DNA of 64,000 bases from the human T2T-CHM13v2.0 reference genome, Homo sapiens. The notes under the pieces were generated by a model. The model searched no databases. It had not been told where the DNA came from and saw only the letters and a list, made by a program, of their open reading frames with translations. The position numbers and the translations under genes are program-made. Shown in pieces: positions 11,661 through 27,383 of the stretch (within the stretch, counting starts at the first letter, position 1; every line of letters begins with the position of its first letter). Location of the stretch: the NCBI RefSeq assembly GCF_009914755.1, contig NC_060936.1; one strand, 5' to 3'.

Positions 11661-13399
11661 GAAGATAAATGCAGGATGCTTTATAAGAAGAGAAAAGAAA
11701 TAGAAGTTAAGATTTGGGGATGTCAGATATATTGATAGTGTGGTTAAACTATGATCAGTCTCACTTTCGTCTTCAAGGTAGACTTATTTGCCCAAAAATG
11801 ATTCATGCATTTTGATGAGATGCAACTTTTTATTTAAAAAATATTCGTTTGGTGAAGAAATAGTAAATACTGGAAATTAAAACAATGGCAACAACAAAAT
11901 TGGATTTTGTAACAGAAAGTGCATGTACATCCCCTTCTCCCATTTTCAGAGGATCATGTGGAAATCCAGGGGGTAAAATGTCTTCCTTAAGGTTGTAAAG
12001 GCATTTTGCAGTAGATGTGCAGATTTTTAAAATTTTTCTCCTCTGTAGTCTTTCTCCTTCACCACAAGGCTTCCCTTTGCAATGTATGGTGCCCTATGTC
12101 TAATAATGAGTCAGGAAGCACTCATAGATTAGGTTCACTGGCACTCTCTGAGTTTTATTCAATCCTTTAGAATATTTATGCTGATTACGGAGGTGGGGTT
12201 TGGACAGGACCAGACAAGCCTGACTGCATACATATCTTTACCACCTCTTCCTTCCCTATGCTAGGTATCACCCATCAGTTGCAGCACCGTATTCTTACTG
12301 ATCCCAGGAACAGCCTCCAAGTCCCTAACACAGGGATCTAGGCAGTCAGTGTCAATCAACTGGGGTCGGTAAGAGAATTGAAACCTATTTTTCATCCCTT
12401 CAGGTGTTTGCACCCCTATTTCTTTTGTTTTTGGGGTCACTGCAGTGGGCATGAATGCTCTGAGGAACTTCATCAGCCATTTAACTGGAGTCTTATCATC
12501 CATCATGTATCTGTAGATTATTACTGAGTAGGCAGTGCTTTGTTTTAACAGCTCCTGTCTTTCCTGTGCTGAATTTATAATCATCTATGAGATGGGGTGC
12601 TGGATATTTATTTCATACCACCCTGGACTTTTCCCATTAATCCAACACTGTGCTGAAGCCTGTGCTGGGTTTTGGACTTATTCTTTGTAGAGTCTGTCAG
12701 ACAGGAGTGTAGTCCACTTATAGATGGAACAATTTAGGCACCAAGAAGATAAATGTATAGGCAAAAGGCAGAAAGCCAAGAGTGAGTCCCCACTTCCCAA
12801 GCTTCAGCACCAACCTAATATACCTTTCTAACACCTATCACACAGTGTTTTCTCAAATTCTCAGCTTTCACATGCAGTTCTTTCTTTATGTTAATTTTCT
12901 CAAAGTTTAAAAAAAATGATTTTATGAGTTGATAAATTGTCTGAGGCTCAGCATGCCAGATGGCAGGAGCAGTAGGAGGCCTATCTCATCAGGAGTAGAG
13001 AGAGAATGGTGAAGGAATAGAGAAAAGGTAGGAGACACTGTAAAATGATAATGGCGGAATGGAGACTAGGTTATTGTAACAGTTTTAAAAAGAAATTCCT
13101 ATTGGATTTAAAGATATTTAGCAAATTGATGATAGATATTCATTGTATGATTTCTTTATTTTTAATACTGCCTTGGGGACCTTGAATGAGATTAATAATA
13201 TCGCTCCTTTTTTTGAGAAGATTAAAATCTCATCAGAGCGATAAATACTTATAAAGGGTTTAGAGAAAAATGTGTGTTGTGTCTCCATCAGTTTGCATGT
13301 CTGGAATTGGTATCTCACCCTTCTGATCTTAGGTCTGGGATGGCGCCACTAATGCCATCCCAGTCTGATGCCTGAGACCACCTTGGCAGATCTCTCTCA

Positions 13400-14000
13400 A
13401 CTTTGTTTTTGTCTTATTAGTGATTGGTCACTAAGGATTATGTTTTCCTTGTTCTTTTATCCTCATCCCCTTGCTGAGGCACATAAAAGATACTCACTAA
13501 TTGTTGGATTGTCGTTTCTCTCTGTGCTTTGGCTCTTGTAGCTCTTCCTTCCAATTCAACCGTTTGGCAAAATCAAATTCATCCCATCCTGACCTCATAC
13601 CTGGATTATTCTACTCCCCTCCAATTTTTCACTCCTGCCAGACCATTCTTTCTAAAATACCACTTTTTTCACATTGTTTCCTTGCTGAAGAATTGATAGG
13701 TGTCCCCTATTGCCCATGAAGTCTATACTTCATTACTTAGTTTTGAAGGCATTCTCATTATTTCCCTCTGTCTCATCCATCTCTCTATATCCATCATTAT
13801 CCTCAAAAGAAGCCCAGGGCTTCATTAAGGTCAATTTTCTTGGTTCCTGTCTACTATGATGTTCAATGTAGTCTCTGAGCATGTGGGCTTCCTACTCTGC
13901 TTACTGTGAGTAAGCCCTACTTTGCCTTTCTATGGTCTACCTATAGTCTACTCTGTGTCTTCCAACAAGCCTTCTTTCATTCATGAGTCAGTTAATCAAC
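13400..14000 (+). mobile_element. L2 fragments
   Basis: ccagaccattctttctaaaatac...gtgtcccctattgccc...ttttgaaggcattctcat. Confidence 0.5.
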
Positions 14001-14119
14001 AAACTGGAAATAAAGATCAAGAAGATGTGATTCCAGCCCTGATCTCACATTAATCCAGCATACTCAGCCCTGTGCTCAGGGCAGTGTTCTGTAGATCTCA
14101 ATTGAATTGAGTAATGATG

Positions 14120-14290
14120 CAGCCCCTCCACTGCATAGTCTTGAGTGAATTACCTGACCTTTCTCTGCTTCAAGTTCTTTATATATAAAACAAAAATAAC
14201 AACAGTACCATACACACATATATGTAAAGTTTCTAGAATAGTGCCTTGTATGCTGTAAGCACTCGTTAAACTTTAGCTATTATTATTGGT
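14120..14290 (+). mobile_element. MIR fragment
   Basis: ttgagtgaattacctgaccttctctgcttcaagttc...tgtaaagtttctagaatagtgcc...aagcactcgttaaactttagctattattatt. Confidence 0.7.
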
Positions 14291-14724
14291 ATGTGGATTC
14301 TGCAACGCACAACACATAGTAAAAATAATATACAGTCTCACATTGTCTTATGATATGTATGTCTTTCATATGCTTAGCCTGTTCTCTCAACTGATCTGGA
14401 GGCTCTGTATGGAACAGGTCCTTGTCTTTACTCTGGTGGAGCCCTCATAGTACCTGTGCAAGGCTCGGGGTCTGTTCTTACAAGACTGTTATTGACCAAG
14501 TGTGAGTTTGCATAAGGTCTTTCACATCTATTGCCATGGCCAGCATGAAAGAACCCTGGGAAAGGATTGGTTCTCCCCAGAGACTGGCCAAATAGTGCAA
14601 GGAGGAGAGTGAGTGATTACGGAAAAGAGAAAAATAGGCACTTTTTGGGGGTATTCAAGTTCACATTAAAAGGGCTTTAGATAAAAAATTAATCCGGAGG
14701 CTGGGGGCCAAGATGAATGAAGAG

Positions 14725-14915
14725 CATTTGTTGAGCTCCTCCTGTGTGCCAGGAGGAGCTTGCTGCTTTTCCAGGACAATCTCATTTAATCTTCCCAACA
14801 GCCCTGGATGGTGGATATTGTTATTCCTAGTTTATGTACCTGGAGCCTGGGGTTCAGACTTGATGTTTGCCCAGCTGAACTCACCCAGATAGTCATTGGC
14901 TGGTTTTCCTGCTAT
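14725..14915 (-). mobile_element. MIR fragment
   Basis: catttgttgagctcctcctgtgtgccagg...atctcatttaatcttcccaacagccctg...attcctagtttatg. Confidence 0.7.
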
Positions 14916-17252
14916 ACCAGGAAATGGTATATCATGTGTACTATTTTGCTGTGTGACAATTTGTAAGAAAGTCTGGCAAAGTCATGTCACTTAATTGAAC
15001 TTAATGGGGCGCATACAGGCCATGTAATGTTAGCTCCCAACAGCCAGTTTTGTTGTGTTTCTGATTAGCTCATACTCTGCCTTACTTTAGGTCCTTAGCC
15101 CCATAGAATCTCAAAGGTGGGTTAGTAAATGAGTTTGGCCTTGGTGCATATGAAATGGGCAGGGATGTCCTATTGCTTGGGCATCCCTTATACAGTACAA
15201 GTGTATAAGGGATGATTTGAGAGACATTCTGGTTATGATTTGAGAGACATGAATAGACACTCTTCCCTCTCTCCTGTCAAACATATCATGCTGGGTTATA
15301 AGGAGTTTTCACATTACTTATTTCTTTAGGTAAAGATATTGGCAGTGACTTTTAAAAATAGACAGGTATCTTAGGAAGGGGAAACGAGACGAAGCAATTA
15401 TCAGCCATCAGTGTCCTGGCTCAGTGAGTGGACCTGTCATCTAGGGCCTGGATGGAATAGGAAGAAGGATAATTTTTTATTGCAAAGAGGGGAATGGAAA
15501 GACATGGGCATCTGAATAAGGCTCCTCCTAGATAGCCAGGAAGAGTAGGTGGCTGTCACACACAAAGAGATGGGGATGGCATTGAGGATGGACAGGTAGC
15601 AGAGATAAACTTTACTTATGTTCTTTAACTGAGCAGGGAGCCTGACCATCAAAGACAGAACAGGTATCATGAGTGGGCTTCCCTGATTATTGGTTGTGGG
15701 TTGTGGCATCACCTGACTTTATTTTGTTAGAGGATTCTTTTCCTTGGGGTGATTTTTCATAAAGCTGCACTGTTCTGCATTTGCATCGGGTAAGAACATC
15801 ATCGTTAGTCTAGAACAGCCTGCTGTGTTTGTCCTCTGGAAATGAGGCTCATTAACTGTCACAGTAAAGTGATTCTGGAGTGCTACTCTGGTAGGTCAGA
15901 AGGTCCTCTCAGGCTCAAGAGCTGATAATGGAGGGGAGGAAAGGTGAGAACAGTAAGTACATGATAATATTCTCTTAGTAGTATCTTATTCCTTTTCCTT
16001 CCACACTGGAAATTTACCTTCCATCACACTTTGGGATCACAATGATAATTAAACAAACTGTGCAATCATTAGGTTAAATCAAGCCAGGTAATTTTTATTT
16101 CCAATCTCTTAAAACCTGCATTGAAGTTCTCAGACAACATAAAATAAATCCACTGGAACCTACCAGCTGCAAGTCTGTTTACCTGGACATGATAACATGT
16201 ACAATTATCAGCCTTGTTTCTACTCCCAATTATTCTTGTGACATAAACCCAGATTATGGGGCAGGAGCACAGGGAATAGAGCTGAACATGTTAGGTCTTA
16301 CATAATCTTAAAGCCAATTATTTGAGAATCTGACTTTGTCAAGACCTGGAACTGAAAGAAACTGTAAATTATTATATAAAAAAATCTTTGCAACAGAGTT
16401 GAACACTGCATAAATCTTGCCCATCCTTCCTTCTAGAAGTGGAGGCAGAATGAGTATAATACTGGACTGCCTTTTTCAAATCTTGGCCATCAATTCGAAT
16501 GTGCATTTTAGATGTGGGTCCAAGCGTTTTCTATGAAAGCGTGCCATGTAGTTCCTAGAGAGGATGAAGTTAGCCTTGTTGAGCTAGGTGAAGATAAAGG
16601 TTGAACCATGTGATTATTCCATAAGTCTAAGTAGATTAAAAATGGTAGGAAATTATTGTCAAAGGATGAGTCGGTCTTCATTATGGAAAAGACTTTTTAG
16701 CATGTGTATACTTACTATGCTTTTCATTTCATTTCACTGGATATGTAATTTATGGCAATGGGAGGTACTTTGTTTTATGCATTGCTTCATTCACATAAAT
16801 TATCTCATTGCTTCATGAGGGTGAAATGTGATCCAATACGGCATCTTTGGAAATTTCCAGAGAGGAAATTTTGGGAAAGCTGATGAAGGCAACAGGTGTG
16901 GGGCAAAGCATAGATCATCCTTACCAAGAAAAGGGTCAGAAAGCAAGGAAAACCTTTGGCATCACTGATTTTTTTTTTACATTTTGAAGTCGTAGGATCA
17001 TTTTATAGTTGCCAGTATAAAACGCCTTTTTTTAGTCTCTCAAAATTTTGTTATAGTTCCTTTATATAATATCAACCAGGTTTCTTTTTGTTTATATTTA
17101 CAATTACTATAAGTTCTTTGGAGGCATATAAATAAGGCTTCCCAAGGTGAAAATATTAGGTTGTGGATTAGGTTTTCTAAATAAAAATTTCAGCCCAAAT
17201 ATAGTTCAATAACTTAAATGAATGGTAATCTGGCCTCCTGTTTTAGTCATGT

Positions 17253-17254
<2 letters not shown>

Positions 17255-17300
<46 letters not shown>
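17255..17300 (+). repeat. (AC)23 microsatellite
   Basis: Perfect dinucleotide run read directly. Confidence 0.98.
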
Positions 17301-17302
<2 letters not shown>

Positions 17303-17312
17303 CTCTAGAAAA

Positions 17313-17853
17313 CAGCCTATCCAACAGAATCTTCTTTGGTAATGAAAATGCTTTCCATCTGTCGTGTCCAATACTGCAGCCCCTGGGTCCTCAACCTCCA
17401 GGCCACAAACCAGCACCAGTCTTTGGCCTGTTAGGAACTGGGCTGCACAGCAGGAGGTGAGCAACGGACCATTGAGCATTACTGCCTGAGCTCTGCCTCC
17501 TGCCAGGTGAGTGGCAGCATTAGATTCTCATAGGAGTGCAAACCCTATAGTGAACTGTGCATGTGAGGGATCTATGTTGTGTGCTCCTTATGAGAATCTA
17601 ATGCCTGATGATCTGAGGTGGAGCAGTTTCATCCAAAAACTATCCCCCACTCCAACCCTGTGGAAAAGTGTTCTTCCATGAAACTGGTCCTTGGTGCCAA
17701 AAAGGTTGGAGACCGCTGCTGTATCAGTAGTTATATATAGCCATTGAGTACTTGAAATATGTTTCTGGCAAATAAAGAATTGAATTTTAAGTTAAATTAA
17801 AATCAAAATTTAATAGCCACCTGTGGCTAATAGCTACTGTATTAGACATGCAG
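17313..17853. mobile_element. MER3 (hAT-Charlie) split by a MER1B insertion
   Basis: Left half tccaacagaatcttctttggtaatgaaaatg...gtccaata; right half gccattgagtacttgaaatatg...aatagccacctgtggctaatagctactgtattagaca. Confidence 0.8.
17382..17718. mobile_element. MER1B (hAT-Charlie), full length
   Basis: tggcctgttaggaactgggctgcacagcaggaggtgagc...cattagattctcataggag...ggtgccaaaaaggttggagaccgctg; degenerate 8-bp TSD ctgcagcc/ctgtatca. Confidence 0.93.
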
Positions 17854-18117
17854 CACTGGAATCAGAGGTATGCATTGAATCTTAACTTCACTACCTTCTA
17901 GCTTTGCAACCTGAGGCCAGTTACTTTCCTCTCTTGGCTTCAGTTTAGCAGGCTTTCATTAAACCCCAAATTCCTAACCTAACTTTTAAAGAATTCTATG
18001 CTTCAAACCTAACCTGACTTTTCAGTCTTATCACTTATTATTCTCCTCCATGTTTCCTAATTCCACACAAATTAGACTGCTTTTTTTTTAAAAAAAAAAG
18101 GCTCATATTTTTCACCT

Positions 18118-18600
18118 ATATTAATAAGGGCTCTTAATTGCACGTTAAAAAAATCCAACTTGAGTTTAAGAAAAAGGGGAATTTAATGTCCTTGGTATCA
18201 GGCATTCCTGGATCAAGAAAGCCATTTTATTCTATCTCTTTTTTTCTGATTTCCTTTGTATGACTATTATTTCTAGGTAGGCTCTTCCATGAAAGGTAAT
18301 ATGTAGGCACCAGGAGTTGCAAACATATCCCACCAGCTTAGCAACTGTTGGAACAAAGAAAAAAAAAACTCTCATATGTCTTCTTGATAACTTCTGTAAA
18401 AATCTTGGATGTGAATCTCATTGGCCTACATTCCTACCCACCCTTGAATCAAGCAAAGTGGTTGGAGGTGGAATGTACTGATTGGTCAAGCCTGGTTACC
18501 ATACCTGTGCCTGGTATCAGTCCTATCAAATCACATGGACTGGGAAGAGTAAAGGTTATTTCCATAAAGGAAAATGAAAATCAAATACAGGCAAAACTTT
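18118..18600 (-). mobile_element. Old MaLR LTR (MLT1J/N-like)
   Basis: gtttaagaaaaaggggaatttaatg...ggcattcctggatcaag...tgattggtcaagcctggttaccatacc. Confidence 0.55.
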
Positions 18601-18669
18601 AAATAGCAATGATGCCTCTCATTGCTCCCCAATCCTTGATCATCTAAAGTCTACTAGTTATTTAAAGCT

Positions 18670-19129
18670 GTGGCAGAAATTTTAGCTGTCCACATAATTT
18701 GGGCTCCTCTCTTAAAGGAAAGAATTCTTGCTAGGAAGGAGTTGTCTTACCAGGGACTAAATGTAGCAACAAGGCCTCTTTCTTCATCCCCCCACCCTCT
18801 AGGAGGATCTAAATGACTCATTTTTTTAATGATAGGATGTGAGTAAAAGTCTGTTCTATAAATCTCTCCCTTAAACATTCCTCTCTTTCCCCACCTATTA
18901 GCTAGATATTGATTCCCAGAGAAATATTGGAAGCCATATACTGAAGTTGCTGAAGGCTCCATCGGCTTGGATCCTTGAATGTTAATGATTGTGTGAAGCA
19001 AAGTCCACCCTGATCTCTCTTTCTTCCACCTGATTGGTTTTTCACACGAGTGAGATTTATGCTTCTGTTGTGTTAGCCCACCAAGACATCATCTACATTT
19101 GTTAGAGTATCTAGTTTTACCTTAATACA
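18670..19129 (+). mobile_element. Old MaLR LTR (MLT1-type)
   Basis: 3' terminus gagtgagatttatgcttctgttgtgttagcccaccaagac...tttgttagagtatctag...cttaataca. Confidence 0.55.
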
Positions 19130-20054
19130 AAGACTCATTTCTAATTTGAACACCATTAAATTTTTTTCTGTCCATAAGCTCCATTATACCCTCTTCTCAA
19201 CTCTCATCTCCACCTCAAAAAGCAATCTCTTCTTCCTTTGACTGTCTTAGTTCATGATACATTTTTGACTGAGTACATTGGCTTATATTTATGTATGCAT
19301 TTATCTTATCTATTATGCTTGATTTCTTTGAAAAAAAAGGTAGAATCTAAAGGAAGCCAGGAAGGGAAAGATTTTTTTTTTTTTTTATGACTGCCACTTT
19401 GTACTAGTATTTTCTTTCTTTACCTTTGGTTTACTACTACTACTCACCTACTCTTACCCACTTTGGCTATTCAGTCGAGCCAACAAATGGCTGTTCCTTG
19501 CATAAAAGGACTAGAGGACATGAACTAACCTCTATATTTTGTCTACTTTGGCTGAGATGATTTAGCTTTGTTAGCAACTAAGCTGGAAACTAGAATCCAG
19601 TTCACTTGACCCATTTTTTTTCTAGTACTTTTACCATCTGTATGATGGTTGTATGTAAAATCATCAATAGATTTGGATCAGAATAAATAGCCAGGTGTGT
19701 ACAGTGGGAGAAAATTGGGCAGGTGGAAACTGGCTAACTGCTAAATTACAGAGGAAATAACAAGGAAAAATACCTCATAGCCAAAATAATAATAAAAAAC
19801 TAAAATATTTCTAATGATAATCAGAGCCTGTACTTTTATTTTCTTTTTTCCCCCAAATGAAGACATCTTAGTTTATTAACCTGTTCACCTGTAAAGCCTG
19901 ACCTTGTGTTTCAGTCACATGTGAATTTAATATTAACTGTCATGTTTACAAGAAAAAAAATTATAAGGTTCTCATTCTCTCCATCCAAGCTTGATTAGCA
20001 AGAACAGTAGTTTTACCAGTATAGGGCTGGAACAATACTCATCATTTTTTTCTA

Positions 20055-22758
<2,704 letters not shown>

Positions 22759-22819
22759 TGAAAGTTACCTAAATGACTCTGATGTGCAGTCAGAAATGAG
22801 AACACCTTGCTTTACCCAC

Positions 22820-23130
22820 AATGGGACTGTAGAGCATCAGGGAAGGCTTCCAGGAAGTAATTGTTGAAAGATAAGTTGATATCAGTCAGGTCAAGAAGGT
22901 GATGAGTTGAAGGTCATTTTGCCAAAAGGGAAGGATGCAGTGTGAGTGAGCATTAGGTCGTCAGGGAACTACAGTCTGGCATTGTTGCAAGGTTGAAGTG
23001 ATAGGTTAGCAAAGGTGGAAGGTGATGCAGGAATGGAGTTGACAGGCGCCTGAAATGAGTGGTTTTACAAGTCATATACATAAGGCAAAAATTCTTTTAT
23101 GTTGGCATATGAGGTTTTGAGTATAATCAC
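22820..23130 (-). mobile_element. L2 fragment
   Basis: atcagggaaggcttccaggaag...gtgagtgagcattaggtcgtcagggaactac. Confidence 0.55.
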
Positions 23131-23534
23131 TATGAAACAGGAAAAAGTGGGGGGAGAAAAGCAGACATAATCACAGTGATAGAGGGATAAGAGTACTTCA
23201 GAGAGAACAGGAAGGAGAGGAAGACAGTGAGCCAGTTGCCTAAGGCCTAGGACCCTTCTTAGTTTTTGTACATGTGCCAGTTTGCTGATTTGTGATAAAT
23301 GTGGATGAGTTAATCTTATTTACCACACTTCATGTCAACAATAACATGCACAAAACTCTTATTTTCCCATAGAAATAGTGTGTTTGCACAGAAAAAGTCC
23401 AGTCAGTTTTGCCTACGTACATTTCAAATCTAAGACCTCTGGAACTGGAAGTGGCACTCCTTGGAACTCTCAGGGTATAAAAACTTCCAAGGTTTGGGTC
23501 TTTACAATATAACTTATTTCACAGTGCATTTTTT

Positions 23535-23660
23535 ATAGTGGTGATTCCTAAACTTTTGTGTTGAAAACGTAGGTAATAGGGTCCCATGTCCAGATCTGTA
23601 TCTCTAGGGTGGGGTTCAAGATTCTGCATTGTAACCAGCTCCCAACATGATTTGGCAAAG
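23535..23660. mobile_element. MER5A-like fragment
   Basis: tctagggtggggttcaagattctgcattgtaaccagctcccaacatgatt. Confidence 0.6.
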
Positions 23661-24049
23661 GCGTTTGTTGGATTCCTCTCTGAGAAGTATATAGTTTCAG
23701 AACTTTCATCTTTGGCCTTTTTTTCTGTGTATAACATCATAGTCTTTTTACATATGGTGGAAACTCTTTTTTTATAATCATGACTCTGTTCTGAAATTCA
23801 ATGACCTAAAATTGTCAGAAGGAAAGATGCAAAAACTAATTTAAATGTCAGCAGATCAACAAAATCTTCAATGTATTTAAATATTGGAAATGTTATCAAA
23901 CAGAAATGAATGTTAGGCAACAAAATACAAAGCAGTTACTTGAGGAGCTGCCAAAACTATTTTCAGAGGTAAGAATTTGGATGACGCTATTCAATGCCAA
24001 ATTCAATCTCCTCAGCTTGTGAGGAAATCTACATCTCACCAGCCTCCAC

Positions 24050-24275
24050 GATGTTGTAGAAAGAGCAGGGGCTTTGGAATCTGACCTAAATTTGAATGCC
24101 AGACCAGTTTTTCACAAGTGTGTTCCTTTGCATAAGTGTGCTACTTGGCCTTTTTGAGTTTTGTTTCTCTCACATACAATAGATGGGTAAGAATACAACT
24201 ACACGCAGGTGTAGAGGAGATTCAATAAGGAAATGAAAATAAAGCATCAGGTACAAGAATGTACTTAAACACTGA
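24050..24275 (+). mobile_element. MIR
   Basis: gtagaaagagcaggggctttggaatctgacctaaatttgaatgcc...gaggagattcaataagg. Confidence 0.7.
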
Positions 24276-24701
24276 TTCCCTTTTATACATATTCGTAAGT
24301 ACCCACATATGAAACTAAACTTGTAGCTGATAATGGAAAAGACACATTCTACAGCCCAGAGAATTAATTAGTAGATGATAAAATAGTACTGGTAGTCTAA
24401 GGATGCAATCCAGGATACTGACCTCTTTTATCTGTTTCTCAGGGGACTAGTTCTCCTTCCTCAATAGTCAAGGAGAAGGACAACACTCAGATCCTCCAGG
24501 TGTGTTTGGCATAAGGGTGATGGGGCATTGTCCTGTCTATCTCAGGGGTTCTCCAGTCCTGAGGGCTGGCCCAGGGACCCCTCCTTTAGTCCTAACCTGG
24601 CCTAATCACAGATCTGCATCCCTCCTACCCCTCAAACCTCTTCATTTTAGGCACCCTCACCCTCCCCGCCAGCAGATTTTGTTAAGAAAGACTTTGTTAA
24701 T

Positions 24702-25061
<360 letters not shown>

Positions 25062-27322
25062 TTAATTACATAGGAGAATTGTTAAAGCACATAGGAGAAT
25101 TGACAAAAGAAAATGAATCATGAGGCTGACATTTTAAATACAGGCATAGTAGACATTCTAATAAATTTTCTCTCAGTAATAAAATATTTGGCCTACACGA
25201 GTTCTGAAAAGGTTCAACAGCCTAAGAAAATGCAATAAGCTGCAAATGTAGTTATGTAGGTGTCCACTCTGAGACTAGTGTTTAGATTACATTTCAACTT
25301 TTCAGGGAAAAAGAGTTGGATAACAATGTTTAAAGTAGAAAGTTCTATATCTTTTAATAAATTCAGATTTCAAGGTGAAACTGAGCATATTCTTTGCTAA
25401 ACAAAGACGCTAGTTTGGCTGTGGCTCTCGAGCAGCTCCGGAGGCACAGGAAGAGGAGAAAAGGTGATTCATAAGAGGAGATAGACTAACAGCAGGTGCT
25501 GTTAATTCATTTTGAGTCTCATAAACGTGTTTTTTTTGTTTGTTTTGAAATTGATATAAAATGTGAATTTACTACTTATTTTTGCATATTGCAAATCTAA
25601 AATTTGGATTTTTTATTGTAAAGAAAACAGCATGTATAGCCCTTTTAAATAACAACAGGCTAGGCAATATTGGCTAATTTATATATCTAAAGGCTCAATT
25701 CTGAAGTGTAACACAATTGTTTTCAGTAGGAAAGATTTCAAAAGAAAAGAGGCATATAAACCATCTTTTTTCCTTTTCATTTATTACTGGATTCTGAGAA
25801 ATGGAGACAAATTTAGGCAAACAAATTTAGAAAAAGTTCTTTTTGGAGTAAAGAATATTACCAATCAAGACATACTAGACAGACAATGATTTTAGAAAAT
25901 TTTAGTTTTAAAAATTTTACCTAGCTTGTGTGATGTCTTTATTATATGATTATTACAAGATTCTATGAGTGTATGAATTGGGGTGTCAGTGATGTATGTG
26001 TATAAATCTATCTGTGTATTGGGTCAGCACAAATATCTGTGATAGGAAGATACAATTCCTTGCAATGAGTATCTTTCAAATGTGATTTTGGTTGAAATAA
26101 TATTGTTGGGGAAATTATCTTTTCGATATAAACTGCCTAAGATTATAAGAAGATTCTGTATATAGATGTGGTGTTTGAAATGCCTAAAATAGTAAAGATA
26201 GGTTGATAATAATATATTTTTTTCATTTAACAGAAAGACCTTAGAACAAAATTAAAGCTGCATGTCTGGTAGCCTATAGTTACCTGTATTTTTCTTAAAA
26301 CAATTCTGATGACTTAGTATTCAAAAGACCTTTTTGCACGACAATTCTATCAGGAAAGATCTGGGAGGAAAAAAATTACCAAACAAAAACGGTGATGGAG
26401 CAAACGTAACTGTTTGTATCTTATGGCAGCGTCTTGAAGAATAAAAGCTATTTTACCTTGCTTTTTTGTAGAGGTATGAATTCCAGATACTTATTTTACA
26501 TATAAGGATAGTATCAAATATACGAATTTTAAATTTAAATAAAAGAAATGTCCGTTTTACATCAAGGAATTATGTGTTGACTCTCCATCCTACCCCTAGA
26601 ATGGAGAATATTGTATTTCTTTTCTAAAATAAAGAGCAGATACAGAGAGTAGGAATAGCTTTCATAGCTTGTTCCCTACAAAATTTGAAGCTGCGAACTT
26701 TGCCATTTTTTAGTGTTCAGCTCAAGTTAAGTATACCGTAGAAAAATTTGAAGATGCCGAATCATAAATAATAGACACAGTTACAAAGCTGCTGGAAATT
26801 TCATAAAATTGCCAGTTTGAGCTTCAGTGAGCCACCAGGTCAGAAGCAAGTTCCCACTGCTCCATTCTCTGAGGCAAGCAATTGCGTGCAGCCTTGCATG
26901 AACTCCAAAGCCTGTGTAAAATGTGTCTTTTCTCTATATTCATAACTAAGACCTTAGCACCAAACACTGGGTGAAATGTTTTTTTTTTCTCTGTCCTCAT
27001 AATTAAGACAGAACCCCACTGGCGTCTTTCCAGGTTTAGAAAAATGAACTTGTCCATTTTTGTGATAAAATTAATATCACAGACATATAACCTTAAAATT
27101 AAGGCTAGGAATACACACCTTGTTCCCTTGTACGAATATCTCTTCATATTCCATTTCCACTTCATATACCTTCTCTAGAGTGGGCAAATCACTTCAACAA
27201 TTGCAAAGTAGGCTTCAGGAAACCAAGCCATTCTATGAAATATACAGAAGGGTCACAGAAACAGATCTCCCACCTGTTTAATGTTTCCAAAGAAAGGAGG
27301 AATCAAGTCCCCTGTTAAATAC

Positions 27323-27383
27323 TCTTCTTCTTTTTTACTTTCTTTCTTTATTTCCCTCCTTTCCTTCTTCTCTCCCTCCCTCC
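27323..27383 (+). repeat. CT-rich low-complexity tract
   Basis: About 60 nt almost entirely pyrimidine. Confidence 0.7.

Noticed and set aside
18080-18100. T9-A10 palindrome
   Set aside because: Common low-complexity mononucleotide junction
25390-25475. Basic peptide-like frame ...LAVALEQLRRHRKRRKGDS*
   Set aside because: Under 30 codons, bounded by stops, no start codon or good acceptor
26220-26275. Acceptor tttcatttaacag with a downstream GT
   Set aside because: Donor CTG|GTAGCC is weak, 35-nt length is not frame-preserving, no other support
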